Below, piece by piece: positions 1-7,961 of a stretch of 32,339 nucleotides of DNA. The number at the start of each line of letters is the position of its first letter. Positions within the stretch are counted from its first letter, which is position 1. The notes under the pieces were generated by a model. The model saw only the letters and a list, made by a program, of their open reading frames with translations, was not told where the DNA came from and ran no database searches. The stretch is from Thermomicrobiales bacterium. GTDB taxonomy: Bacteria; Chloroflexota; Chloroflexia; Thermomicrobiales; UBA6265. Position numbers and translations under genes: made by a program. Location of the stretch: assembly GCA_041745115.1 (NCBI GenBank), contig JBGTJM010000016.1:1-32339 (forward strand), in the 5' to 3' direction.

Positions 1-276
1 GTGATACCAGCAATGTCGATCGAAGCAGCAACGACAATGGCACTGCTGAAGTGGCGACCGGAGTCAGTCGAGTTGCCACTCGTTCTTGCGGGAGTCGTGG
101 CGGTCGTCGCTGTCTGGCTGCTCACTATTCTGGTGCAGGTGCCGCAGCATCAGAAGCTTGCTGGTGGATACGACGCTGAAACGATCAGATCGCTGGTTCG
201 ATTTAACTGGCTCAGGACCGCGACCTGGACATTTCATGGGGCGATTGTGCTGGCCATCATGTCGCAGGTTGTTTGA
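1..276 (+). CDS. DUF1772 / anthrone-oxygenase-like integral membrane protein, probably a C-terminal fragment with its true start upstream of the window
   Basis: The ORF is open from base 1. Two hydrophobic helices (LPLVLAGVVAVVAVWLLTILV, ATWTFHGAIVLAIM) are separated by a QKLAGGYD...NWLRT loop, the pattern I associate with DUF1772. Confidence 0.45.
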   Translation: MIPAMSIEAATTMALLKWRPESVELPLVLAGVVAVVAVWLLTILVQVPQHQKLAGGYDAETIRSLVRFNWLRTATWTFHGAIVLAIMSQVV

Positions 277-495
277 TTCGTTTGCAGGATCAAGTCCGAC
301 CGGAACGCTTTTGGCGATCTGCTCGGCAGTTCAACCCGCCAGCTCGCTACTGAACAAAGCATCCGTGTTGTGCGGTAGCATTGAGAGTTCCTGCATCATC
401 CCATCTGGACCGTGCGGGTAACGCGAACGTATGCACTTGACTGGCCAGAATATGCCCTCCAGTCGCACTAACCCTACTGAGGAGGAAGTCAGCCC

Positions 496-2790
496 ATGAT
501 CCGCCTGCATCCTGGCCGATTCGCTGTCGTCGCACTGGTAGCCGCTATCGTCGCGAGTGGGCTAGTAGCGTCTCTCTCAACATTGGCCCAGGAAGCCACC
601 CCCGAATCCGAGCCGAGCACGTCACTGCCAGCATTTACCGACACTGGTTCGCCTGTCGCTTCGCCAGTCGCGTCGCCCGTTGCATCCACGCCGTATGAAA
701 CATCTGAGTTTGTGTCAGGTATCTGGCGAATTGGCATCGTCACCGCCGAGCGAGCAAACGAATTTCCCGACCTGGACCTTCCAGCTCGGCCTGACAAGGA
801 CTGGGTAGTGGTCATCGCCGATGTGATCAACTGGGGCCGATCGGATGAACGCCTCGACCTGCGCGAATTTGCAATCGAGGTTGCTGGCCCGGATGACCCT
901 CGAGGATTTGCGCGTCGAAGCACTGAAGGTGCTGCTGCTGTACTTGGTCTCCAGCCCGAAGATGTGGGAGATGGTGTTCCGATCAGCCCCGGCGAAACCG
1001 ACCGCGTGGTGATGGTGCTGGAGATGCCGATTGATTCGATCAACCCGTCGTTGTTCATCGACGGCGTGGCGATGTCGCTCCAGCCCGCGATCGACGGCGG
1101 TCCAGCATTCGATGATCTCCCTGCGGTTTCTGAACCTGGGCCAACCGGCCGACAGCGCGTCGATAGTGTCGTTTCCGGTAGCGTCATTGCGCTTGGGTCG
1201 AATGCGGACGAGGTGCCGCTTTCGTTTGTTGATGCTCCTGTGGAAACGGAGTGCTTCGCCGATCAGTCGGCGTCGAACTTGCGCCGCATCCTCACAGAGA
1301 GGGTGTTCGTGGAGCAGGATGGTGAAAACACGCTGATCTGGACAGAGGAAGATGATGGTAGCCGCCGACTGCTGAATTACGAGCAGATTCGAAGCGGTTT
1401 TGCCGCAACTGCCGAAGATCTGAGTGGTCGATTTGCGCAGTGGCTTCAGGATGCCGAGTCTCAGGCGCAGGCCTCGAGCGGCGGCCTTTGGGAGGCATGC
1501 ACCGGGGTTCACGGCGTAACCCGCACGACAGGGCCTGAGCGCACGTTGATTCGGATGAGCGACGGTCAGGGCAGCACAACTCCCTATCGTGTCTGGCTTG
1601 AGTGGTCTCCAGAACTCGTAACGACACCGGATGGTGGTGCGTGGGCGTTTTTTAGTGCACTCGCCGACAGAGGGCCCCTGCAGGACCAGCAGCGCCTTTA
1701 TGCGTCGCGGTTCGATCCGACCACGGGTCGGTGGCTCGACGCGGAAGTCATGCCCGCTGGAGAGATTCAGTTTGGTGCAACAGCTGTAGTCGACAGCAAG
1801 GGTCTGGTTCATGTTGTTTACTCAGCGCGAGAGCAAACGGGTCCGGAGTATCTCAGTACGCTGATCTACACCAGAGAGGATGGCAGGGGTGGCTGGGTGC
1901 CTCCGATGTCGGTGTCGCTGGATCAACGCGCTGGCCATCAACTGGCCCCCTCTCTGGCAATTGATGCGAGTGACACGCTGTACGTCGCCTGGCAGGACCA
2001 ACGCGCATTTGGCGACGGTGGGCGCGCCGCCTCACCGTTGAATGCTGATGTCTTCGTGAGTCAGAAGTCGCCTGACGCTGGCTGGTCAACACCGGTACTC
2101 ATCAACAATCACCTTCCAACCGCGGCAGCGCTGCTCCCCAAACTCGTTGTAGACGGAGACCGGCTCGTCGCCGTCTGGTCGGTTTACACATCCGCGATGG
2201 GACCAGAGAACGCGGCGCGAATGGAATGGGCCTGGCGAGCGATAGACGACGAGATCGTCAATTGGAGTGCTCCTGCGCTGTTTGCCAATGGCCGCGGGGA
2301 CAACTTTGGTGGTCGGTTCGTCGACATGGTCGCCGATCCGACCGGGGGGGTCATCGTCGCCTACGCCCGCCGCGGAGTCGATACGTTCCTGTTTGCCAAA
2401 CGCCTTGCCGCGGGATCCACACAGTGGGGCTCTGACACGCTCATCGCATTTGGCAACCGGGGAGCATTCCCCACCATAGCCGTAAACAAGGATGGCATTG
2501 CCTTTATCGGGTTCAATGCTGAAACGGGCACGTTCGGAGACGGCAGTGGCATCCTCGTCGACATTGCGGCGACGGCCATCAATTACCGTTCGATTGAGCC
2601 CGGCGCTGAGGTGATTCTCACGCGAGACGACCCGAACTCCCAGGGACGAGCTGCCGTGGCGATCGACGTCACTGGCAAGCCGTGGTTCGTGTTCTTTGGG
2701 GAGATCCCCGGTTTTCCGGCAACTCAGGTTGGCGCGCTCAGAAATGCCAATATACCGCTCTCGCCAATTACCGATGTGATTGGCAATTAG
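496..2790 (+). CDS. Secreted mosaic protein: signal peptide, SPVA linker, DUF4352-like beta-sandwich, degenerate staphylococcal-nuclease-like domain, BNR/sialidase-like beta-propeller
   Basis: SD GAGGAGGA lies about 9 nt upstream of ATG 496. The N-terminus is a signal peptide (MIRLHPGRFAVVALVAAIVASGLVASLSTLAQEA). An SNase-like segment runs VDSVVSGSVI...VPLSFVDAPVETECF...LLNYEQIRSGFA...GGLWEAC. The C-terminal ~400 aa carry repeated blade-like motifs (VVDSKGLVHVVYS, AIDASDTLYVAWQ, VVDGDRLVAVWS) and Asp-box-like turns (TREDGRGGW, SPDAGWSTP). Confidence 0.8.
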   Translation: MIRLHPGRFAVVALVAAIVASGLVASLSTLAQEATPESEPSTSLPAFTDTGSPVASPVASPVASTPYETSEFVSGIWRIGIVTAERANEFPDLDLPARPDKDWVVVIADVINWGRSDERLDLREFAIEVAGPDDPRGFARRSTEGAAAVLGLQPEDVGDGVPISPGETDRVVMVLEMPIDSINPSLFIDGVAMSLQPAIDGGPAFDDLPAVSEPGPTGRQRVDSVVSGSVIALGSNADEVPLSFVDAPVETECFADQSASNLRRILTERVFVEQDGENTLIWTEEDDGSRRLLNYEQIRSGFAATAEDLSGRFAQWLQDAESQAQASSGGLWEACTGVHGVTRTTGPERTLIRMSDGQGSTTPYRVWLEWSPELVTTPDGGAWAFFSALADRGPLQDQQRLYASRFDPTTGRWLDAEVMPAGEIQFGATAVVDSKGLVHVVYSAREQTGPEYLSTLIYTREDGRGGWVPPMSVSLDQRAGHQLAPSLAIDASDTLYVAWQDQRAFGDGGRAASPLNADVFVSQKSPDAGWSTPVLINNHLPTAAALLPKLVVDGDRLVAVWSVYTSAMGPENAARMEWAWRAIDDEIVNWSAPALFANGRGDNFGGRFVDMVADPTGGVIVAYARRGVDTFLFAKRLAAGSTQWGSDTLIAFGNRGAFPTIAVNKDGIAFIGFNAETGTFGDGSGILVDIAATAINYRSIEPGAEVILTRDDPNSQGRAAVAIDVTGKPWFVFFGEIPGFPATQVGALRNANIPLSPITDVIGN
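649..684 (+). repeat. In-frame 12-nt x3 tandem repeat encoding (SPVA)3 linker
   Basis: The units tcgcctgtcgct / tcgccagtcgcg / tcgcccgttgca are read directly from the sequence. They lie just after the signal peptide of the 496-2790 CDS. Confidence 0.85.
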
Positions 2791-4214
2791 TGTTGATCGG
2801 GCCCGATGCCACTCAGTCCGTGAGCGCAGGGACCACGGTGATTACCGGTGGTCGTGTTGTCAACGAGAACGAAACGTTTCGAGCCGATATTACGATTCGG
2901 AACGGCCGTGTTAGCGAGTTCGGCTTCGAAGCCAGAATCGCTGAATCCGACACCCGTATCGATGCATCAGGGCTCATGGTGTTGCCCGGTGTGCTCGATG
3001 TCCACACGCATTTTCGGGAGCCAGATCCGAACACATTTGAGGGGTTTGCCACCGGTAGCGCCGCCGCGGCAGCGGGCGGCGTCACCACTGTTATCGAAAT
3101 GCCGCAAGCAGGACCGACGACGAAAAACCTGGACGACTTCCAGGAAAAGATCGCAGCCATCGGACGGTCGTCGACGATAGACATGGCCCTTTGGGGAGGA
3201 ATCATCGGAGGCGACGAACGTGATGAAGACGCCATCCGGGACATGGCCAGGAATGGAGCCGTCGCGTTCAAGTCGTTCATGGCACCTTCGAGTCCATCCT
3301 TTCCCGCAGTCGATACCGCGAAACTCCGCTGGGCCATGGCAGTCATTGCAGAAATTGGCCTGCCGTACGGGCTCCACGCTGAAGACGATCCTTCCCTGCA
3401 GTCAGGTATCCAGAGAATGAAGAGTTCAGGGAGGACCGATGCGCTGGCGCACGCGGAATCCCGGCCAACGCTTGTCGAAACGGTGGCGGTGCGAGCGGCC
3501 ATCTTGCTGGCGGAGCGGACTGGTTGCTGGCTCTACATCTGCCACTGTGCCTCCGCCGATGCACTCGAGTTGATCGCGGATGCCAGATCAGGCGGACTCA
3601 AAGTAACGATTGAAACGTGTCCTCAATACCTCGCAATGGCGATCCCGGATCTCGAAAGGCTGAAGGGTTTCGCTCGGTGCGCGCCAGCAATTCGGGATGA
3701 AGACGAAGTCGAGCGGATTTGGAATCATGTTCTGCAAGGTCACGTGGACATCATTTCCTCCGATCATGTTGCGACTTCTGCGGTCCTCAAGGAGGCTGGC
3801 GAGTCGAACATCTTTGACGCTCCCAATGGCCTGCCCGGAGTGCAGACGATGTTTCCAATTCTCTGGGACAGCGGGGTGAAAAACCGGGGGATGAGTCCGA
3901 ATCGGTTGGTTCAGATGATCTGTTCCAATCCTGCCCGCACCTTTGGCCTGTTTCCCCGAAAGGGGAGTCTTGCGCTCGGCGCTGACGCAGACCTGGTGAT
4001 ATTCAATCCTGATGAAACCTGGACGATTCGCAGTACCGATATGCGCTATCGTCAGAAGTGGACACCCCTGGAGGGTAGAAGTGTTGCTGGCAGAGTGAAA
4101 CGGACAATGGTGCGCGGCGAAACGGTCTACCTCGATGGCCCGAAGCAACACGCTGACGACAGCAGACCGCGCGTGGCAGGTCAGTTCCTGCACCACGGTT
4201 ACGGCTCGACCTGA
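2790..4214 (+). CDS. Allantoinase / dihydroorotase-type cyclic amidohydrolase (metal-dependent)
   Basis: Motifs seen: DVHTHFREP (HxH metal ligands), EGFATGSAAAAAGGVTTVIEMP, AFKSFMA (carboxylated-Lys position), GLHAED, ICHCAS, ETCPQYL, ISSDH. The start is uncertain. GTG 2790 overlaps the upstream TAG by 1 nt, and GTG 2820 (VSAGTTVITGGRVV) is an alternative. The part of the listed ORF from 2682 overlaps the previous gene and is unlikely to be coding. Confidence 0.8.
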   Translation: MLIGPDATQSVSAGTTVITGGRVVNENETFRADITIRNGRVSEFGFEARIAESDTRIDASGLMVLPGVLDVHTHFREPDPNTFEGFATGSAAAAAGGVTTVIEMPQAGPTTKNLDDFQEKIAAIGRSSTIDMALWGGIIGGDERDEDAIRDMARNGAVAFKSFMAPSSPSFPAVDTAKLRWAMAVIAEIGLPYGLHAEDDPSLQSGIQRMKSSGRTDALAHAESRPTLVETVAVRAAILLAERTGCWLYICHCASADALELIADARSGGLKVTIETCPQYLAMAIPDLERLKGFARCAPAIRDEDEVERIWNHVLQGHVDIISSDHVATSAVLKEAGESNIFDAPNGLPGVQTMFPILWDSGVKNRGMSPNRLVQMICSNPARTFGLFPRKGSLALGADADLVIFNPDETWTIRSTDMRYRQKWTPLEGRSVAGRVKRTMVRGETVYLDGPKQHADDSRPRVAGQFLHHGYGST

Positions 4215-4485
4215 TCGTTCTCCAGACTTGCAATCGATCGATGCCGGTCATTGACGACGGGTGCCGAGATTTCGCTCCTTGCATCGCTGGTGTATCAAAC
4301 GATCCAACCATTGACTCTCCTGAGATAGAACTGTGCCACGTGCCTGGCACGCAAGGTGCAGTCCGTTAGGGGGCAATAGTTGACGTTCTCGATCGCAATC
4401 GATCGAATCGCAGTTTGATACGACGCAATCCAGCGAATGACTCACTTCGCAAGTGGCGAGCGATAGGCAAAGGAATGACCCGAAC

Positions 4486-5238
4486 ATGGATAGCAATCGA
4501 TTTGATCAGCTGCCCCGGAAGTTGGCACAGCGGCACTCTCGGCGTGGCGCCGTTAGGATTCTTGTCGGCAGTGTGGCAGCAGCTATTGGCCTGTCTCGAG
4601 CTGCAGATCGCAGTTTCGCCCAGGACGGCCCACGCAATTGCCTGGAGATTTGTGCACGGGCATATTCTCCAGGCTTCGAACGTGATAACTGCGTTCAATT
4701 GGGTCAGCGGGGTGAAGGGCTATGCTACCTCGATCAGATCATGGTTCGACCAACGATTCGGGACTGTGACCCCGATAGTGACGACGATGGGATCGATACT
4801 ACGGACAATGACGGATTCGATACCACGAGCAACGATGGGGTTGACACTACCGACGGGGACGGGATCGACACCACTAGCGATGATGGAGTAAACACCACTG
4901 ACGGGGATGGGATCGACACGACAGACAACGACGGATTCGATACCACCGACAACGATGGGTTCGATACAACGGATGGTGATGGATTCGATACCACTGACAA
5001 CGACGGATATTCCACGCCGGAAGAGTCCGACAGCGACACGGACGACTGTATAACACCGATAACAATTCAACCGCTTCCTCCAGCGACCAGCGGACCTCAG
5101 TCTCTCGACGACGATTCGACGTCGGACGATTCTGGCTGGGCAGGAACCTCCGGCAGCGCAACCGTGAATACCGGCGGAGCCTCGACCTGGTACGACAGTC
5201 CGTCAGATGATTCCTGGTCAGCAGACAGCGATTCGTAA
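4486..5238 (+). CDS. Tat-signal, Cys-containing, highly acidic protein with ten D-x-D-G-x-D-T-T octapeptide repeats
   Basis: ATG 4486 gives MDSNRFDQLPRKLAQRHSRRGAVRILVGSVAAAIGLSRAA, which has a twin-arginine motif plus a hydrophobic core. A 5-Cys segment, ten octapeptide repeats and a D/S-rich tail follow. The listed GTG 4453 is a less likely start. Confidence 0.75.
   Translation: MDSNRFDQLPRKLAQRHSRRGAVRILVGSVAAAIGLSRAADRSFAQDGPRNCLEICARAYSPGFERDNCVQLGQRGEGLCYLDQIMVRPTIRDCDPDSDDDGIDTTDNDGFDTTSNDGVDTTDGDGIDTTSDDGVNTTDGDGIDTTDNDGFDTTDNDGFDTTDGDGFDTTDNDGYSTPEESDSDTDDCITPITIQPLPPATSGPQSLDDDSTSDDSGWAGTSGSATVNTGGASTWYDSPSDDSWSADSDS
4777..5016 (+). repeat. Ten head-to-tail 24-nt coding repeats (consensus gac aac gac gga ttc gat acc acc)
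   Basis: Read directly. The peptide units are SDDDGIDT-T, DNDGFDTT, SNDGVDTT, DGDGIDTT, SDDGVNTT, DGDGIDTT, DNDGFDTT, DNDGFDTT, DGDGFDTT, DNDGYSTP. All three antisense frames are also open here purely because of the repeat. Confidence 0.95.
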
Positions 5239-5304
5239 TTCGGAACACCTCGTTCGAATCGATGCGTTCGAGCGTTTTCCGAACCTGAACATCAACAGTT
5301 GCGC

Positions 5305-5337
5305 AAGCCGATCCGGAAACGGGTCGGCTTTTCGATT
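5305..5337 (+). terminator. Intrinsic terminator after the repeat-protein gene
   Basis: The stem is GCCGATCCG(5307-5315)/CGGGTCGGC(5320-5328), 9 bp with one G-U pair, and the loop is a GAAA tetraloop. It is followed by TTTTCGATT. It sits 67 nt downstream of the stop. Confidence 0.75.
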
Positions 5338-5394
5338 GGATAACAACCACAACCAGCAGCCTGCCGGTGAGTTGAGGCTGGTATTCTTCGGTTC

Positions 5395-6066
5395 ATGAGA
5401 ACGCCACGGCACACATTGATTTCACTGGCGGTCGCAGCTGCCACGGCCGCGATCGCATGGGCTATCGGGGTCAATCAGGGCTCCGCGATCATCGCTGGGG
5501 CGCTAGGAGGCATCCTGGCAAGCGTAGTCATGCAGCGTCGTACAATGCGTGAGGCAACTGGGGCATCGTTTTCCACCGAGCCGGAAGATCTGGAAGCGGC
5601 ATTTGAAACAGCGGCTGAGACCATCCTCCAGTTTCAGGCGCAGGCAGCAGAAGTAGTGGAAGATGGCGCTCGGGAGCTTGCGATGAGCCTGGGCGCACAA
5701 CTTACGAGGATTCTGACCCTGAGTCAGAGCGGTAATCGTGAAGCGACCTTGCCGCTGATTCTCGATCAGCTGATCGAGCCGGCCCAGGCGTTGATGACTG
5801 ATTATCTCTTTCTCCAGAAGCGTGGTGGTACCGCTGCAACCGACGCGATGACCAAAATCGCTTCCCGTGACTTGCCGGCCGCGGAGTATGCTGCCAGACA
5901 GGTTCTTGCCGAGTTCGATCGCTCCGGCGACGTTGACCTGAACGCCATCCGGCGGGCGGTCGACTTCTCCTTTTCGTTCGGTGGAGAAGCTGCTTCCCCA
6001 TCGTCCGAGATGTGGGGCAACCGGCAGCGACTCGTCGATGAAGCCGATCGCGCAAGAGAACAATAG
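5395..6066 (+). CDS. Hypothetical membrane-anchored helical protein (two N-terminal TM helices; possibly XpaC-like)
   Basis: The N-terminus LISLAVAAATAAIAWAIGV / AIIAGALGGILASVVM gives two predicted TM helices. The rest is Ala/Glu/Leu-rich and looks helical. The SD is weak. The family assignment is tentative. Confidence 0.55.
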   Translation: MRTPRHTLISLAVAAATAAIAWAIGVNQGSAIIAGALGGILASVVMQRRTMREATGASFSTEPEDLEAAFETAAETILQFQAQAAEVVEDGARELAMSLGAQLTRILTLSQSGNREATLPLILDQLIEPAQALMTDYLFLQKRGGTAATDAMTKIASRDLPAAEYAARQVLAEFDRSGDVDLNAIRRAVDFSFSFGGEAASPSSEMWGNRQRLVDEADRAREQ

Positions 6067-6105
6067 CGAACGCCGCGAGGGGATTTGCCGGGAGGCCTGG
6101 AACCA

Positions 6106-7041
6106 ATGGACATTGTCGTGATAGGAGCGGGATCCCTTGGCAGCTTTTATGGCTCACTTCTGGCCCGCAACGGTCACCATGTGACCTTTCTGGCGCGTGG
6201 TCGTACCCTCGAGGTGCTTGAGAATCAGGCACTACGAATCGAATCCAGACTCGTTGGTGACTTCGCAATACACGTCAACGCTACTAACGATGTGACAGCT
6301 ATCCCGACGCCTGATCTGGTCTTCCTCTCTGTCAAGACTTACGATCTGGACGGCGCCGCGAGGTCTGTTGCGCCGATATTAGGTCCGAAAACGTCGATTC
6401 TGGCCGTGCAGAATGGGGTCGATCATCCGCAGATCATCGGCCAGTACGTCGAACGCTCATGCATCGTCCCTGGGGTTGTCTATATCTCGGCAACAGTGGA
6501 GGCACCAGGACACATCAGGCAGATCGGTGGACCCGGGTGGGTCATGATCGGCGAACTCGATGGCGGACCGAATCCCCGGACGAACGCGATCAGGGAGGCG
6601 TTCGACGGAATTGGGATCGAGTGCACCGTTCACGAGAACATCGAAACAGTGATCTGGCAAAAGTTCATGGTTATCTGCGCCATGAGCGGCGTTACCGCGC
6701 TGACGCGTCTCACGCTCCAGCAGATCTTCGATGACGAAGAGACCACTCGCCTGTACCTCGCGGTGATGACAGAGGTTGCGGCTGTGGCAACCGCTCACGG
6801 CATTACGATTTCGGCTGAACAGGCTCGTGAAATGTGTCAGACCGTGATGAATACCAGACCACTGCCGGAGCGAGGCTCGATGGCGTATGACTTGCTCTCG
6901 GGCAGGCGCCTGGAGCTGAGCTCGCTCAACGGGGCGGCGGTTAGGCTTGGGCAGCAGAAGCATGTTTCAACTCCGATGAACTGGTGCATCACGGCCAGCC
7001 TGAGACCATACGAAAGTGGTACTCCGAACTCGGCGACATGA
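6106..7041 (+). CDS. panE: 2-dehydropantoate 2-reductase (ketopantoate reductase, ApbA/PanE family)
   Basis: MDIVVIGAGSLGSFYGSLLARNGHHVTFLARG is a Rossmann GxGxxG N-terminus. It is followed by VKTYD, VQNG and a WQKF...C-terminal helical domain typical of the family. SD GGGAGG lies upstream of ATG 6106. Confidence 0.8.
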   Translation: MDIVVIGAGSLGSFYGSLLARNGHHVTFLARGRTLEVLENQALRIESRLVGDFAIHVNATNDVTAIPTPDLVFLSVKTYDLDGAARSVAPILGPKTSILAVQNGVDHPQIIGQYVERSCIVPGVVYISATVEAPGHIRQIGGPGWVMIGELDGGPNPRTNAIREAFDGIGIECTVHENIETVIWQKFMVICAMSGVTALTRLTLQQIFDDEETTRLYLAVMTEVAAVATAHGITISAEQAREMCQTVMNTRPLPERGSMAYDLLSGRRLELSSLNGAAVRLGQQKHVSTPMNWCITASLRPYESGTPNSAT

Positions 7042-7961
7042 AAGCCGATCGGTCTGCGCCCTCGCATGTGGCTGCGATCGTCGGTTCAGTGCTCGTTGGC
7101 GCAGCGGTCGTGGCAACTCGATCGGCCGTTGATGAGATCGGACCGTTCAGTCTCGCGTTTCTGCGTTATCTGCAAGGCGGACTCATCCTGCTGGCACTAT
7201 TGGCATGGCGGGACAGGAGCGGAGTACGAGTCACCAGGTGTGACGCTCGAACCTTTGGCTTTCTCGGCCTGCTGATGTACGCGCTCTTTCCGGTCCTGTT
7301 CAACACTTCTCTGACGTTCACTACGGCCTCGCGAGGGGCGGTGATCCTTTCCACGATGCCACTCTGGGGAGCACTTCTGGCCCGTCGGTACACAAATGAG
7401 CGACTTGCCCCTGTCCAGGTTGGCGGAGTCATGATTTCCGTTGCAGGTGTGGCAACCGTTTTCGCCGAAAGCGGGCTCAATGACTTTGGAGGCGTGGAGG
7501 CAATTGCCGGAAACCTGCTGATGCTTGGCGCAGCAGTCGTGGCCGGATACTACGGTGTCCGAATGAAAGGGGTGCTGAAGCACCATTCGGCGTTGCAGGT
7601 TACCGCATTCGCTATGGCCATCGGCGCGCTCATTCTGGCGATTCCGGCTGTCGTTGAAGGACTCCTCAGAGACATTTTTCAGGCAAGCGGGCAAGCCCTA
7701 CTGCTGGTGGTCTACCTCGGAGTATTCGGAGGCGCGATAGCGTTCTACCTCTTTTCAGTTGCACTTACCCGCTTGTCCCCTACGCAGGCCCTGGTCTACG
7801 TGAACATCAACCCAATCGTGGCGACCCTGCTGGCCGCCCTTTTGCTCGACGAACCACTGACAGTGTTCTTCGGAGTTGGATTCGCGATGGTCGTGGCGGG
7901 ACTTCTCCTGACCAACATTCCCGGTCCGAAGCGATCGATTCAGTCAGTTACAGACGCGTAA
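7038..7961 (+). CDS. DMT-superfamily (EamA-type) transporter
   Basis: The protein has about ten hydrophobic helices and a duplicated EamA-like architecture. ATG 7038 overlaps the panE-family stop as ATGA, suggesting translational coupling. Confidence 0.8.
   Translation: MKADRSAPSHVAAIVGSVLVGAAVVATRSAVDEIGPFSLAFLRYLQGGLILLALLAWRDRSGVRVTRCDARTFGFLGLLMYALFPVLFNTSLTFTTASRGAVILSTMPLWGALLARRYTNERLAPVQVGGVMISVAGVATVFAESGLNDFGGVEAIAGNLLMLGAAVVAGYYGVRMKGVLKHHSALQVTAFAMAIGALILAIPAVVEGLLRDIFQASGQALLLVVYLGVFGGAIAFYLFSVALTRLSPTQALVYVNINPIVATLLAALLLDEPLTVFFGVGFAMVVAGLLLTNIPGPKRSIQSVTDA

Noticed and set aside
1700-1725. GGTTCGATCC, a tRNA T-arm-like word
   Set aside because: It lies inside a well-supported CDS, and no acceptor or anticodon stems can be built around it. 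No tRNA was found anywhere in the window.
715-1812. 365-aa minus-strand ORF
   Set aside because: It is entirely antisense to the well-supported 496-2790 secreted-protein gene. The composition is Arg/Pro/Ser-rich with no motifs. This is the typical shadow ORF of GC-rich DNA.
4777-5016. Possible CRISPR-like array (regular 24-nt periodicity)
   Set aside because: The units are contiguous with no spacers, lie in frame within a CDS, and have no cas genes nearby.
4720-5070. Two minus-strand ORFs (116 and 101 aa) across the 24-nt repeat array
   Set aside because: They are open only because the repeat unit lacks stop codons in the antisense frames. The sense frame has a signal peptide, an SD and a terminator.
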